Source of the DNA: Gnetum montanum
Lineage: Eukaryota; Plantae; Gnetophyta
Direction of reading: 5' to 3'
Length of the DNA stretch: 64,000 nucleotides
Assembly: GCA_015680685.1 (NCBI GenBank)
Contig: MNCI01002540.1
Coordinates: forward strand, 150,742-214,741
In this document: one piece after another, positions 1-11,700 of the stretch
Layout: every line of letters starts with the position of its first letter
Position numbering within the stretch: position 1 is the stretch's first letter
Program-made: the position numbers and the translations under genes
The notes under the pieces: generated by a model
Seen by the model: only the letters and a program-made list of their open reading frames with translations
What the model was told of the DNA's origin: nothing
Database searches by the model: none

Positions 1-1563
1 AGGCTTTCCTCCATGAGCCACTTCTCGAGCATGCTCAGTGGCAGCTCCTGCTCCGGCTCCTCCGTGGCAGAGGCAGAGGCAGAGGCACCAGCACCAGAAC
101 CAGCATTGGCGCCAGCGCTCGGTCGGCCGAGGTCGACGTCGAGCTCATTAATGGAGGAGCCATCGTCACAGCCATCCCCCCGAGGCGAATTGAATGCCGA
201 ATTGAATGCAGATGCAGGCGTCCACGCCACCGCTGCTGTCGCCACGGCCGCCGCTGCGGCGTCTTCCATTTTCACATCCGCCATGGCCGTTTCAGAGTTC
301 TGCGAGCTACTGCAGCTCTGCGTACTCGTGGTGCTCATGTCCATGTTCACGTTCATGTTCATATTCATGGCGCCAAACTCCTGCATCTCCTCTTTCTTGG
401 GTTGCACCTGTGAGTTCGATTGCGACTGTTTCCAGCCCTCGAGCAATCTGGACAGATTTTCCACGCTTGCGGCGTAATTACAGGAGGTCTGCACAGAGTT
501 TTGGAAAGAGTTGCAGGATGACGGCGAAAAACTAGCAGCAGCAGCCGAGGAACCCATGTTGAGCGCCTCCAGAAGCGCCTGCTTGGCGTACTGGATATCC
601 GTCTGCAGGCGGGATTCCCACTGACCCTTGCCAGCCGCCGATGATCCAGACCCGGCCGGCGGTTTCAGCAGCTCAGCATGGCTCATTTCGCCGGTGTGCT
701 GCAGCTGCATTTTTTTGAGTCGCTTCTTGAGGTGCGTGTTCCAGTAATTCTTGATGTCGTTGTCCGTTCTCTGCGGCAGATACGAAGCAATGGCTGCCCA
801 CCTGCACATTATCCACAAACCAAACCCAGATTCGTAAGTCACCGCATTTGGATACGCAAAACACTATGATTAGCAGCAGCAGCAGCCCAGAAGGCTTTCA
901 GGTCCACGTAAGGCACTGAATAATCAGGTATTATTCGTGACGCTGGACATGGCTTTATCAAGCTTCGAAAGGCCGATGCTGCCCGTCGCTTGCGGCCATT
1001 GCCTGTGAGGCCAGCTTCGAGCCAGCAGCAGCTCACATGCAGAGCCATAACTGGCCCGGAACCGGTAGGCCCGTGAGGCTAGAGGCAGCCATTAAATGTG
1101 GGCATAACTGCCTCATTCATTTCGGATGTGGAACCAAACAAGGCAGCCAAAACAAATTCAAAACAGAAACAACTTCTGGGAAGGGTACCTGTTGCCCAGC
1201 AGAGCCTGCAAGTGGACGATCATGCGATCTTCGTAGGCACTGAAATTGCCGCGTTTGATTCCGGGCCTCAGGTAGTTGGTCCATCGCAGCCTGCAACTCT
1301 TGCTGCATCGCATCAAACCTGTAACAAAGAAAAAGAAAATCCGTATCCGATGAGCAACACCGTACGGCGAAAATCTGCTTAAACCAGACACGAGAATTTT
1401 GCAGAGACGATGGATGGATGAATGGATACGAACCAGTATGAACAGGCACGGCGCGCCAGTTTCCAGGGCCGTGTTCCTGAATATAAGAAACCAGAGCGAT
1501 GTCTTCCTCGGGCGTCCATGGGCCCTTCTTCACGCCCTTATCGCAGCACGGGGACCTGCCCAT
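1..1563 (-). CDS. MYB96/MYB30-like: R2R3-MYB transcription factor, subgroup 1 (MYB30/31/60/94/96-like); 3 exons, 3' end runs off the window
   Basis: Exon 1 1563..1434 ([21 protein letters not shown]...VPVHT), GT-AG intron 1433..1319, exon 2 1318..1189 ([26 protein letters not shown]...LLGNR), GT-AG intron 1188..802, exon 3 801..<1 open throughout ([26 protein letters not shown]...[19 protein letters not shown]...[15 protein letters not shown]...[12 protein letters not shown]). Intron positions are canonical for R2R3-MYBs and the three C-terminal motifs are those of subgroup 1. Confidence 0.96.
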
Positions 1564-1720
1564 CTTTTCGCACAAGCTTCAGCTTCGCAGCGCAAAAGAG
1601 AACTGAACGGTGTTGAGATTTTTGTCTGCACTGGCACAGACTCCCCCGCGGAGAGTTTTCCAGCCTTGGTTTTGCAGAGAAGAAGTTTGTCGAGACAGTG
1701 GAACAGGGGTCGGGAGGAAG

Positions 1721-1730
1721 TATTATATAA
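1721..1730 (-). promoter_or_regulatory. Putative TATA box of the MYB gene
   Basis: TTATATAATA on the minus strand about 160 nt upstream of the ATG in a GC-rich context; no upstream ATG between 1700 and 1564. Confidence 0.6.
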
Positions 1731-2430
1731 TGGCCGCTGCGTCGCGGATAGAGAAGAGGGGAGAGGGGTGGGGCCGGGCTTTGGCGGGCTGACTGTGGGA
1801 TGGAGGCGGAGGCCAAGTCTGAGGCCGGGACCTTCCCTGGCCTGGACCTCGTCTCTCTGCGGTCATGTGCCATGGAGGAAGCGCAACCGCGACAGATGGA
1901 TTGCAAGTCAACAAATGGAGGATCGTGACGGTCATTAAATCGAGCATGGCGAGTCAGCATGTAAACAGGGACGCAGGGCATCCGGTTTTCCGCGTGCATT
2001 CAATGCCCATCACCGTCGATAACAGGTCAAACCTGGCGGGGATGACACACCGCTTGCCGTATAAAGCCAGATTTCCACTTTTACGACGTCAGATTGCTTG
2101 CCCGCTAGCGGGTCCCGCCATCGTCGGCGGGGTGGACTTTGTTACCCGCGTACATGTGGCTTCGCATCCGCGTTTGGACGGCCTTGGCCGGCTCCACTGC
2201 CACTGCCTGTGCTGCTACCGGTTTCGCTGCCAGCCTGCCACCGTATCCGCACTACAGTAAACTTTTTCAAACTCGTCCGTGTGTGTGTTAGCAGCTGTAT
2301 GCGTTTCGTGCTTTCATTGGCACACGAAACAAAGCCGTCGGCGGCTTTGCAATAAGCTTTGCAACGGTCGCGGCCTTGTTTTTCAAACCTCTTGGGTTTA
2401 GCCTCGGGATATCCGATTAATTAGTTTCGC

Positions 2431-2472
2431 GGTCTCGGTCCCGGTCCCGGTCCCGGTCCTGGTCCTGGTCCC
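2431..2472. repeat. (GGTCCY)7 hexamer tandem repeat in the MYB upstream region
   Basis: ggtctc ggtccc ggtccc ggtccc ggtcct ggtcct ggtccc read directly. Confidence 0.9.
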
Positions 2473-2650
2473 CGCCCTATCCCGGCTTTCGTGTCTATTT
2501 CTGGAACCGCTTGCCGCCACGGCAGTTTATCAGCATGGACGGTGAAAGTCCGCCTTTTTCCCACATGGACTTCGGTTTCCAGCTGCGTGACTTTTAATCG
2601 GCTCCCCACCCAAACCCTGGAGTCTCCACTCCATGACCGCCTTCTGCTTC

Positions 2651-2658
2651 TGCATTTA
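2651..2658 (-). promoter_or_regulatory. L1-box match (TAAATGCA)
   Basis: tgcattta on + is TAAATGCA on -, the HD-ZIP IV binding consensus. Single short motif; function is inferred only. Confidence 0.35.
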
Positions 2659-3527
2659 CATTTTAGTCGCTTAATTACACGAGGAAACTCTGTTGCACTT
2701 CTTTTTTGAACATTTCTTCTCGCGTCAGGCATCATTGTCTACTGTCTAGTGGAGACCTCGTAAACCTATTGCTAGACAAGCAAATATCGAAATATCATAG
2801 TTGGCTGGGTCTACCCAAGGTTTCGACACCCACATCGTCTTTATTAATATCTCACCATCGTCATTTTAAGGCCGAAAACAGCAAATTTGAATCACTTGAA
2901 GCAGAAAACAACATATTTCAGCGTCGTTAATTTAAGTTGATAATACCTTATTTCGACATCGTAGTTGAAAGAAAAGCTTGTCCCCATGACACCGGATTCA
3001 AAACGTGCCCTGTTTTTGGGCTGCTACAGTATTTTAGCCTGCCCATGCCGAGGGCACATGCGTATCGGTGGGTAAGCTAAAGCCTCGTTCGGTTCAAGGG
3101 ATGCGACTACCAGACGACAGGCGCGCCAGGTGGCACCGTTCAGATGCTGCACGTTTTGCACTGCAAGAAAACTTTCCCCCTATCTGTATTTTATCACTGC
3201 AATTCCAAGGTGGCTTCAGCGCAAGGAGGCTTAAGTTCCGCTTTTACATTAACATTAACATGCAGTTGCATAGAAAACACAAAACAGCAGCCAGCTAGGC
3301 GGCTACAGCGCATCGCAGTCGCATCCCATGATGCGGGTGAGCAAGTGGCGGGGGCCACTTTACCTGCTCCGGAGATGTACGTGGAGCCACATGTGTGGGG
3401 TCTGTACGTTTTCAACCATGCCTGGCCCATACATGCACATACATATGCGGGCATTACATGCGTCCAATTTTGTCAACGTCTGACGCCCCACATCGGACCT
3501 CGCCCTTTTACATTCAGGTCAACACTT

Positions 3528-3535
3528 GCCACGTG
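3528..3535. promoter_or_regulatory. G-box/ABRE (GCCACGTG)
   Basis: gccacgtg contains CACGTG and the reverse ABRE ACGTGGC; lies in CpG-retaining upstream DNA. Confidence 0.35.
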
Positions 3536-6500
3536 AAACAGCAGCCCCGCAACTTTAAATCCCCACCAACCCCGCCCCGCAATGAATGAATGCCAACTTT
3601 GCTCGCAAAACCCTCCGTTAGGACGATAAAACCGTCTCAACATGGACTTGTATTTTGTAAGCGCAACATTTAATGCGATAGTTTATTTTCCATTGCGAGA
3701 GCCCCAATACGGACATGATCAAGAGGGAAAGAGCGACACCCACCCGCAATTGCCCAAGTCAAAAGTCACACAAACAATCAGCGGATGCACTGCACTTATG
3801 ATGAGTACGCGTATGTCGTGGGTATTTCTCTGCGTATGTCTGGTAAGTCTCGTTCATTATTGCATTCATTTCGGCTACCATATCGAGGCTCAACAATAAA
3901 TGGAACAAGTTACGCCAAATTCAACTCTTGCTCGAGTACCACGGAACGGAGCAGCGCAGAACTGAACCCAGCACAAGGGGGCGAACGATTTTCAACCCTG
4001 TTAAAGTCGACCATACTGCCAGGATACCATCTTCATGAGCACTACGAAGCATTAATCGTAACCAGAAGTAAAACTGAATGACCAATGAACGCCAGAGCTA
4101 GAGCAATGATCTGTAGCATCGGTTTTCCAGTCTGTGCCAAAAAAGTTACACTCCTTTTGCACGCGTCTTTTTGAACTTTCAAAGATGCCTTCACACAGGC
4201 CGAGGGTTGATTTCCTGTTCAAATGTTTCCGGAATGATCGAAGGAGACAAAATGCTGAAAAAATTCCACTGGATTCCTACGTTTTCAGTACCATCCGCTA
4301 CGTTACAAAGAAGAACAGCAGCAGCACAATGCTCGCCTTTTACCGAGCGCCAAAGGCCATGGCCAGATTTTTCAAAAACGAGTCTGACAGACAAATTTCG
4401 CCCAACTCAACTTTATCGAAACCAACAAATGAACCGTCATTTTTCTCGGCTCAGACCTGCCATCCGTCAAATTTTCATTTCACCAAGACCGACTGGACTG
4501 ATAAAAGATAAAATTTGACACACACAGCTCAGGAAAGGACGGGTTCCGAAAGATCAGTGATACCAATCGGCAACAACAGAACCTCCCCAAGGTGGACGCA
4601 TCAGCCCCACTCAAACAATTTGCGAAGGTGTCGAGCGTAGGAAGAGACCTCACAATCAAATCCCTTTTAAGTTCGCAATAAAATAAAACCGAACAAAAAC
4701 ATCAAATCATTCTTCAGTGCAAAAAAAGAAAAATCAAAAACTCTCATCAAATCCTTCTTAAGTGCGAGCTGACGAAATAACAAAACTGAAAGAGACATGA
4801 TCAAACCCTTAATTTAGGCTGCAAAGGAAAGCGCAAGAACATGCACCGGTAGCCGCCGTGGGCATACATCAATATCAGGCGATAAAATACTTTCCCACAC
4901 TGAGGGGGAGGCACCAAGGTAGTGAACGTGACTATGAAATGTGTCGGATAAAGCCATTCATGGCGCATAAAAGTCAGCGAGGTGTGTGGGGCACTCTGCC
5001 GGGATCAAATTTGAAAAGCCCCCGTCTAAAATAAAATTTCTTATCGCTGTCTCTCGTCACATCAAACAATTGCTAAAATCACAGCAGTCCTGATACCCTT
5101 TCTATCTCACAAAAGATTTTCCTAGTTTGTATTTGAACCTCATATACTTTGCTATTGTCGGCTTGACTAAGTGCTGTTCTCCCAACAAATTGTTCAATAT
5201 CCCGAGGCTCGATCCCACTAATCGGTACATAAGCTACAACGTAAACTCTGTTCAAGTGATTGAGCCAGTAACCAATTGTCGATGGCAAATATCTTTTTCA
5301 AAATTCCCATTCCCGTGTCCAGTGTTTGTATGACCTTTAATTTTATCGGATATAAGCTTATGGATAAATAACTAATTTTTTTTTCAGTATTAATAGAATA
5401 TATTTAAAGCGCATTATACATTGAAATAACTTGAAGATTAGGCTATATTTCTATAACATGTATATTTATTATTTGGGGCTGAGAATCTTATTCTTTTACA
5501 AATTAATGAAATTCCAATTGAATCACTCAGAATTGATTTATACGTTTACTCATAATAATTTCGGTAGAAAAGTTCATCTTTTACCCTAGTAATATGACTA
5601 TAATTATTTATTTTCTTTGACAAAGTCTACTCGGTAGATAACCATAATAATTTCTATGAAAATTGTTCTCTTAACCTAGTACTGTGAAGATAATTATTTA
5701 TTTTTGACAGCAATGTCCAGCCAGTTAGTAATTAACCTATCCACTTAAAACAATGAAGATCAAACTATATCTACTTATAATTAATCATTATAATAAATAC
5801 ATTTGAATCTAATTGGTCTCTGGTTTGAAAACCACCTCTTTAGAGAGCTGCAATTTCAGATTTTCAAATACCGTACAAATGCATCTTTATCGCGAAGTCA
5901 GACAACTTAAAAGTTCGAATAGACCTGCGTAATTTTCATCCTAATCCTGGCCTTATCCCAATTTCATGGGATGGCCTGCCCAATCTTCTATGTATTAAGA
6001 TAAGAAAAAACCTGTATCTGTTGAGACAGCAAGCTAAGTGTCAAGTTCCAAGTCTCCCAGACCCAGTTCCAGCAAAGTCTTGCTATCAAGCGGCCTTCTC
6101 GAATGATGGCATGATGGGCACCTTTGTTTTATCTTTGTTGTCAAATCCCTTGAGGGTAATTTGCTGTGTCCTGATGTGTCCGCGCAGTGACGTATCGTTT
6201 ATTCGTGTTCATGCATGACTTTGTTGCCGTTTTCGGATACCAAACCGCATGCCATGAGAGGCTTATCATTTCGAGACTTTTCACGTCCGCCATTTATGGG
6301 GACTTCTTTACAGAGCGAACAGAGGTTTACGAGAGCACTGGGTGCGCAAATCTTGCGCGGCCATCATGCACGCTGATGATCCTCAGGGCACCGAAATTCC
6401 ATGAACAGTCGCATTCGTACCAACGAAACAACAAACAGTGCCTTTATTTCAAGCGTACAAAAAACGACATGACGTTGATTTTGGCACTTTGCAGTCACTT

Positions 6501-6999
6501 GCAGGAAGCAAACATGTTCATTTTTGGGCTCGCCACGACGCCCATGCAAATCCTATGGCGGAGAAGGCTGCCAACTGGGCCATGCTAACTGCTGCATGGC
6601 TCCTTCCGCGCGTGATCCTTGTTCCCGTTCTGGCCACTCGAAAGTACCAGGTTCCATTTTTTCCCATTTTTCTGGGCCATGGATCGGATTTTATATGGTG
6701 TTGTTGCAAGTTGCAGTGCCCGTGGCTTGGAATTTCCAGCGAGTCGCCCTCCAGTTTACGCAAAGAAATCCGAAGATGTATGGATGAAAAACAGGGCATT
6801 ATCTCTTTCCACTTTTCATAGCGGTAACCGGTAAGACTTTGTTCTTAGCCCACGTTCTTTGACTTTTTTTAAAGGTGAGCTGTCGTTACCGGGACAGTAA
6901 ACATGATTATGTATTGAACTGACCTGAAACTTGAGCTCTCTTATCTTCAAAGATACCTAGAATCTCTTAGAGACAATATAAGATTCTATAAATTGATTA

Positions 7000-7773
7000 A
7001 GCATCAATGGAACAACAAATAATAAATCATACAAGTTTTTGGCTATAACATTATAATGTTATCTCAAATAGTAGTCACACACCACAAGAAAGAAATACAT
7101 ACATGTAACTCATCTTTAAAGTAAATAGGTTCTTCTTAGTGAAGTTGAATCCATCTTCTACTTCCAATTTTAAGATGATGAGAACTTAAGCAAAGCTTGA
7201 TGATAGCATTCTGACATTTGATTGGAATAACAACTAAGAGACAGTGAGATTATGCATTTAATTTATTGAAGTTAATGTGATGGATATAAAATTGTTTTTT
7301 TTTTGTCTTCTAAATTAAACCACAATTGTGTTAAAACCTTATGCTGAACTAACTAGTGAATATGATTAGGATTTCACTACACTTCCTCCCAAGAAATATT
7401 CTATTTTCTCAACCATTGCATTTTCTAAAAATACTATCCATAATTTCATGAATCCTCAAGAACTTCTTTAGCAAATTTGTCTTGGCTTTGGATATGTAAG
7501 CTATGAGTGCATGCAATGAATTGGCATAAATTTTCTGTTGTAATAAAATATTTTTATATAATAATATTAAATACGGTATTTGCATCTTCACTTTTAACTC
7601 ACCAAGAAGAAAAAATTTTAATACTCCTTCAATATCTTTCAAAAGTTTAGCACTAAGTCCAAGTCCTAAACAACACATCTATACAATATAGTAGGATAGA
7701 GGATAGATAAGAAAATTTTGATTTCTAACCTTCCAAGCCCAAAGTCCTAAATGCTTGTATTTGTTTTTGAAAG
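7000..7773 (-). mobile_element. Degenerate LINE, 3' part of ORF2 (left half of the element split by A)
   Basis: Minus-strand translation continues from the 54240 side (..LYSF|KNKYKHLGLWAWKV..), includes ORF 7409..7678 and KLCLSSHHLKIGSRRW near 7150-7200, resembling LINE ORF2 C-termini. Left boundary approximate. Confidence 0.7.
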
Positions 7774-8585
7774 TGATAAAGACACATCCTAGTTGACACA
7801 TGGGTTCATGCGTTGATGCAGTGTTTATCTCTGCTTATATAAATGCACATACCCATTACATTTATGGCACCATTAAGTCAATAAAGTAGTCAAGTTCTCG
7901 CAATTTTCTTTCATTAGAGTTAAAATATTTTCTAGGTGCCTGCAATAGGACTTCAACAATTGTATGGATCCTTATTTGAACATTAATGTACCTAAACACT
8001 TTGATGTGCTGGCAATAAAGATGAGATTCTTGGAACCCTTTGCAACACTTAAGAATATATTAATGTTTCCATTCATGCACTTTATCGTTATGCATTTTAT
8101 GTTTATGTTCTTAGTTAATTAATATGCTTAATAATCACATATAAGTATGACCACCTTGAACATATTGTTAATGCTTAGCTATGTGATTGCTTGGCTTACC
8201 TAGTAGCCTAACACTTAGTAACCTAGTAGCATTCCTAATGAGTTCAAGATGTGCATGAAAGGTGGGCCTAGATGCTTATGTCAGGATAGTTAGATTAGGA
8301 CACACGACAATTAAATAGTTAGTCATTAAATTAATTCTCTCTTTATTCCATACTTAGACAAAATAAAATAAAATATAAAATCAATAAAAATCATGTGCCA
8401 TGGCTTACACTTAACCATACCCTTGCACGTACACAAGTGAAGCCAAGAAGACAATGATCACGTCTTTAAGTCACTACCTTGGCTATTGTGCATTTAGGAG
8501 CTAAAGTCCACGGAATTCAATCGGATTGCTAATGCAATGCTTTTGATTCATATGGTTGGGCATAGGGACTACTCGCTACTCATCA
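7774..8585 (+). repeat. 5' LTR of element A
   Basis: Aligns with 53420..54239; TATATAAAT near 7836; followed by the PBS. Confidence 0.92.
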
Positions 8586-8737
8586 TTAATGCTGTTACTA
8601 GGGATTTTAGTTAGCTAAGTGTGCTACATAGAAAAGACTGTGAAATTATCTAAGGACCTTGTAAAAAAACATTTAAAGCAAAATCATTGAAAAACAGAAA
8701 ATTACTAAATGTACATGACTTGTGAAATATCACTAAT

Positions 8738-11700
8738 ATGGCTTCTTCTCGCAAGGAAGATTCTTCACCACCATTTCTAAGCAAATCCACTCAAAGACAA
8801 GAAGGCCAAAAGATGCAAGTGCCCCAACAATTCAAAGTTTTCTATACCCATCCGAATGCTTACACTCTAGATTTCATCTTTATCCTACATTAGGATGAGC
8901 AACTACGATGGAGGAACATGGAGCACAACATTGTGTTGCCTCTCGCATGATCCGTTCCCACAATGCTATTGAACAATCTTGTCAAGTTCGGCATTGTCAA
9001 ACTTAATGTGGAATATGAGGTTCAAGACCATGCTTATCAGGATTATCATCCCATAGATGCTCAACAAAAGAAAGATCAACAAATGGAAGCTAAATATGAG
9101 GCTTTAAAAGGTAAAAGATTTCCTAACCACTTATTCCTACAAACCCACAAAGAAGGTGAGGACTTATTTTCGGGTGCCTCCCAATACATAGATTCTCCTC
9201 CCCTCTTTAAGGAGGAGACCCTTAACCAGCGGTTACAGTCAACTATGGAAAACCTTGGTAATGGGAAGAACAGGTCTCAAAATCAGGAAGCCTCAAAAGG
9301 TGATAACCAAGGTAGGAATAATGACACACACTAGAAGAAAGAAAAACATGATGATCAAGGTAGGGATCGAAGAAGAGGGGGCAATAGGCATCATTCTAGT
9401 GTTGGTTCTTCTCCCTGTTCACCTTCATCATCGTCCTCATCGTCTTCCTCCTCTAACTCAAATAGGAGAAGCAGAGGTGATAGAAATCATGATGAAGATG
9501 AATAATGGGATAAGGATGATCGTTAATCCTGCCAAGATAATAGCGACCATGGACATGAGCAACATAGGGAAGAACATCATAAATAACGAATGCACAATAG
9601 AACTCATCATAGTCATCATAGCCTAGAAAGGGATCACAAAAATCGTCATGACTGATGAGCCCTTACTAGCTACTAGAAACATGTTGAATATTTCAGAGGT
9701 TATCAAAATTCCTACCAAGCACTTGAAGAATAGCTGGATATGAACAATATCCCTAAGTTTGAAGGGGGATATAATTTAGATCCACAGAATCATTTGCAAG
9801 CTTTCCATGATGCCTATGCCTTGTAGAATGTAGAAAATAAATAGCAAAAGCTAAAAGTGTTCCCAAGGACACTCGTAAAGGAGGCAAAACGTTAGTACTG
9901 GTCCTTGGAACTAGAATCCATTTAACAATAGAGTACGATGTTGGACCTATTCAACAACAAGTACCAAATGTACTTCAAAGTGTCCAATCTGAGGAGGCAA
10001 ATCCAAGGATGGAAACAAGGTACTCATGAGTCCTTGGATGTAGTCGTGGGAAAGTACTACTCTTTGCTGCATCAATGCTAAGGTCATAGATACTCTCAAA
10101 AGGATTAGCTATGCCATATCATAGATGGGATTAGAACTAAAATAAGGAGAAACCTTGGGATCTATGCCCAAGGAAGAGCTTTTGAGCTAAGGGCCCATTA
10201 GATTCAAAGGCTCATTAAGAAAGTGGCCAAAGAGGAAGGAGAGCTAAAAAAGTGAGAAAGTGTAAAAGAATATAACAAAGACCTCTTCATCAACAAGAGG
10301 GAGGTCCATTTTTATGAGAATGAGGAGGAGGCACCACTTGATGAAGTGGTGTAAAGGAAAATCTTGTCGATTCAAAAATTTGTTATTGAAATCTTAACTA
10401 AGGTTAACAAAATGTGGGACTCAAATGAGAAATTCCATGATGCTCTAAATATTGTAGAAGAATGTAACAATCATGGAGAAAGTGGTCATGAGTGAACGAA
10501 GAAAAAGGATGTTGAACGAGAATGTTGTAAAGATAAAGGTAAAGTTGCAATAGTAAAGGAGGTTGTAGATTCATAAAATGATGATGATGGTTGTGACACA
10601 TGCCAATACAAACATCCCAAGGGATGTTGCCCTATCTTATCACACCTACAAGAATCTAGGGTGTATGCTCTAAATCCTAGATTGGAAAAACGACAAGCAC
10701 CTAGGCAATTTCCTTATTCCATAAGACAACTATCGATAGCAATTCCACCAACAAGCTTATTATTCAAGTGGAGTACCACCTGAACCTTAAGAACAATACC
10801 AACAATGGCAATACCCATAGTCATGGGGGATGGCACCTCCAAGGCAATAGTACCCTTATCATCAATCGGATCCATATGGGTACTACGTTCAACAACCCAT
10901 TTCTTCATGTGACCCTTCCAGTCACGCTTCCTTCCCACATCACCATTACCCTCCTGAATACTATAGAGCAGCTTTGCCAAGGGGGGAATCCCCATTTTCC
11001 TACTATCCTCCTCAACACTCTTCCACTCCAACACTATCATCTTCAACTCCTCTGCCACCTACTCCATCCATGCAAAGTGAGATACCTACCCAGCCATAGC
11101 AAAGGAATGCTACGAAGGCTGTAAACTTACAGCCAAATCCTCAGTCAAGTGGTTCTGAATCCTAGCCTTGCAAAAGACCATTCTTCAGAACCAATAGTCC
11201 CACAAACACCTGTGGCTATTAACCCTTCTACTACCATATCTAAAATTTGTATTGAGTAACATTCAAATCAAAGTACTACCTAGTTGCACATTGTCATGTC
11301 AACCCATGTGGTCACAGATTGGATCAAGGTTGGCCATCTTCCCAGGAAGAGATCTAATCCTAGGAGTTCTCTCATCTACTTACAGATTGTTGAAAATAAA
11401 CTGTGGAAGGCTCTTTTGGACTTAGGTTCCAAAGTTAACTTGATTTTGCAAGAAATGTACAAAGCTTGGAACTTGCCCCCCTTAGAAAAGAGTAACATCA
11501 AATTGGAGCTAGCAGACTGATCCATCATTTTTTCTTTGGGATTAGTGGAAGACATTATGACCATTATTTGTGAATGGTCATATCCTATTGATTTTCTAGT
11601 AATCCATGTGGGAAATAGCAAAGGGGACTTCTCTATCATCATGCAAAAAAGCATGGCTAAGCACCATAGATGCAAGGTTGGGGATCAGAGACCTTTCCTT

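Noticed and set aside
13-535. Plus-strand ORFs of 154 and 109 aa
   Set aside because: Antisense shadows of the GC-rich MYB exon 3.
5200-5280. TGATTGAGCC resembling the start of miR171 with a weak upstream complement
   Set aside because: Only 10 nt match and no extended stem compatible with a miRNA precursor.
1399-6834. Numerous 60-180 aa ORFs upstream of the MYB gene
   Set aside because: No recognisable domains or splice structure; expected by chance in GC-richer regulatory DNA.
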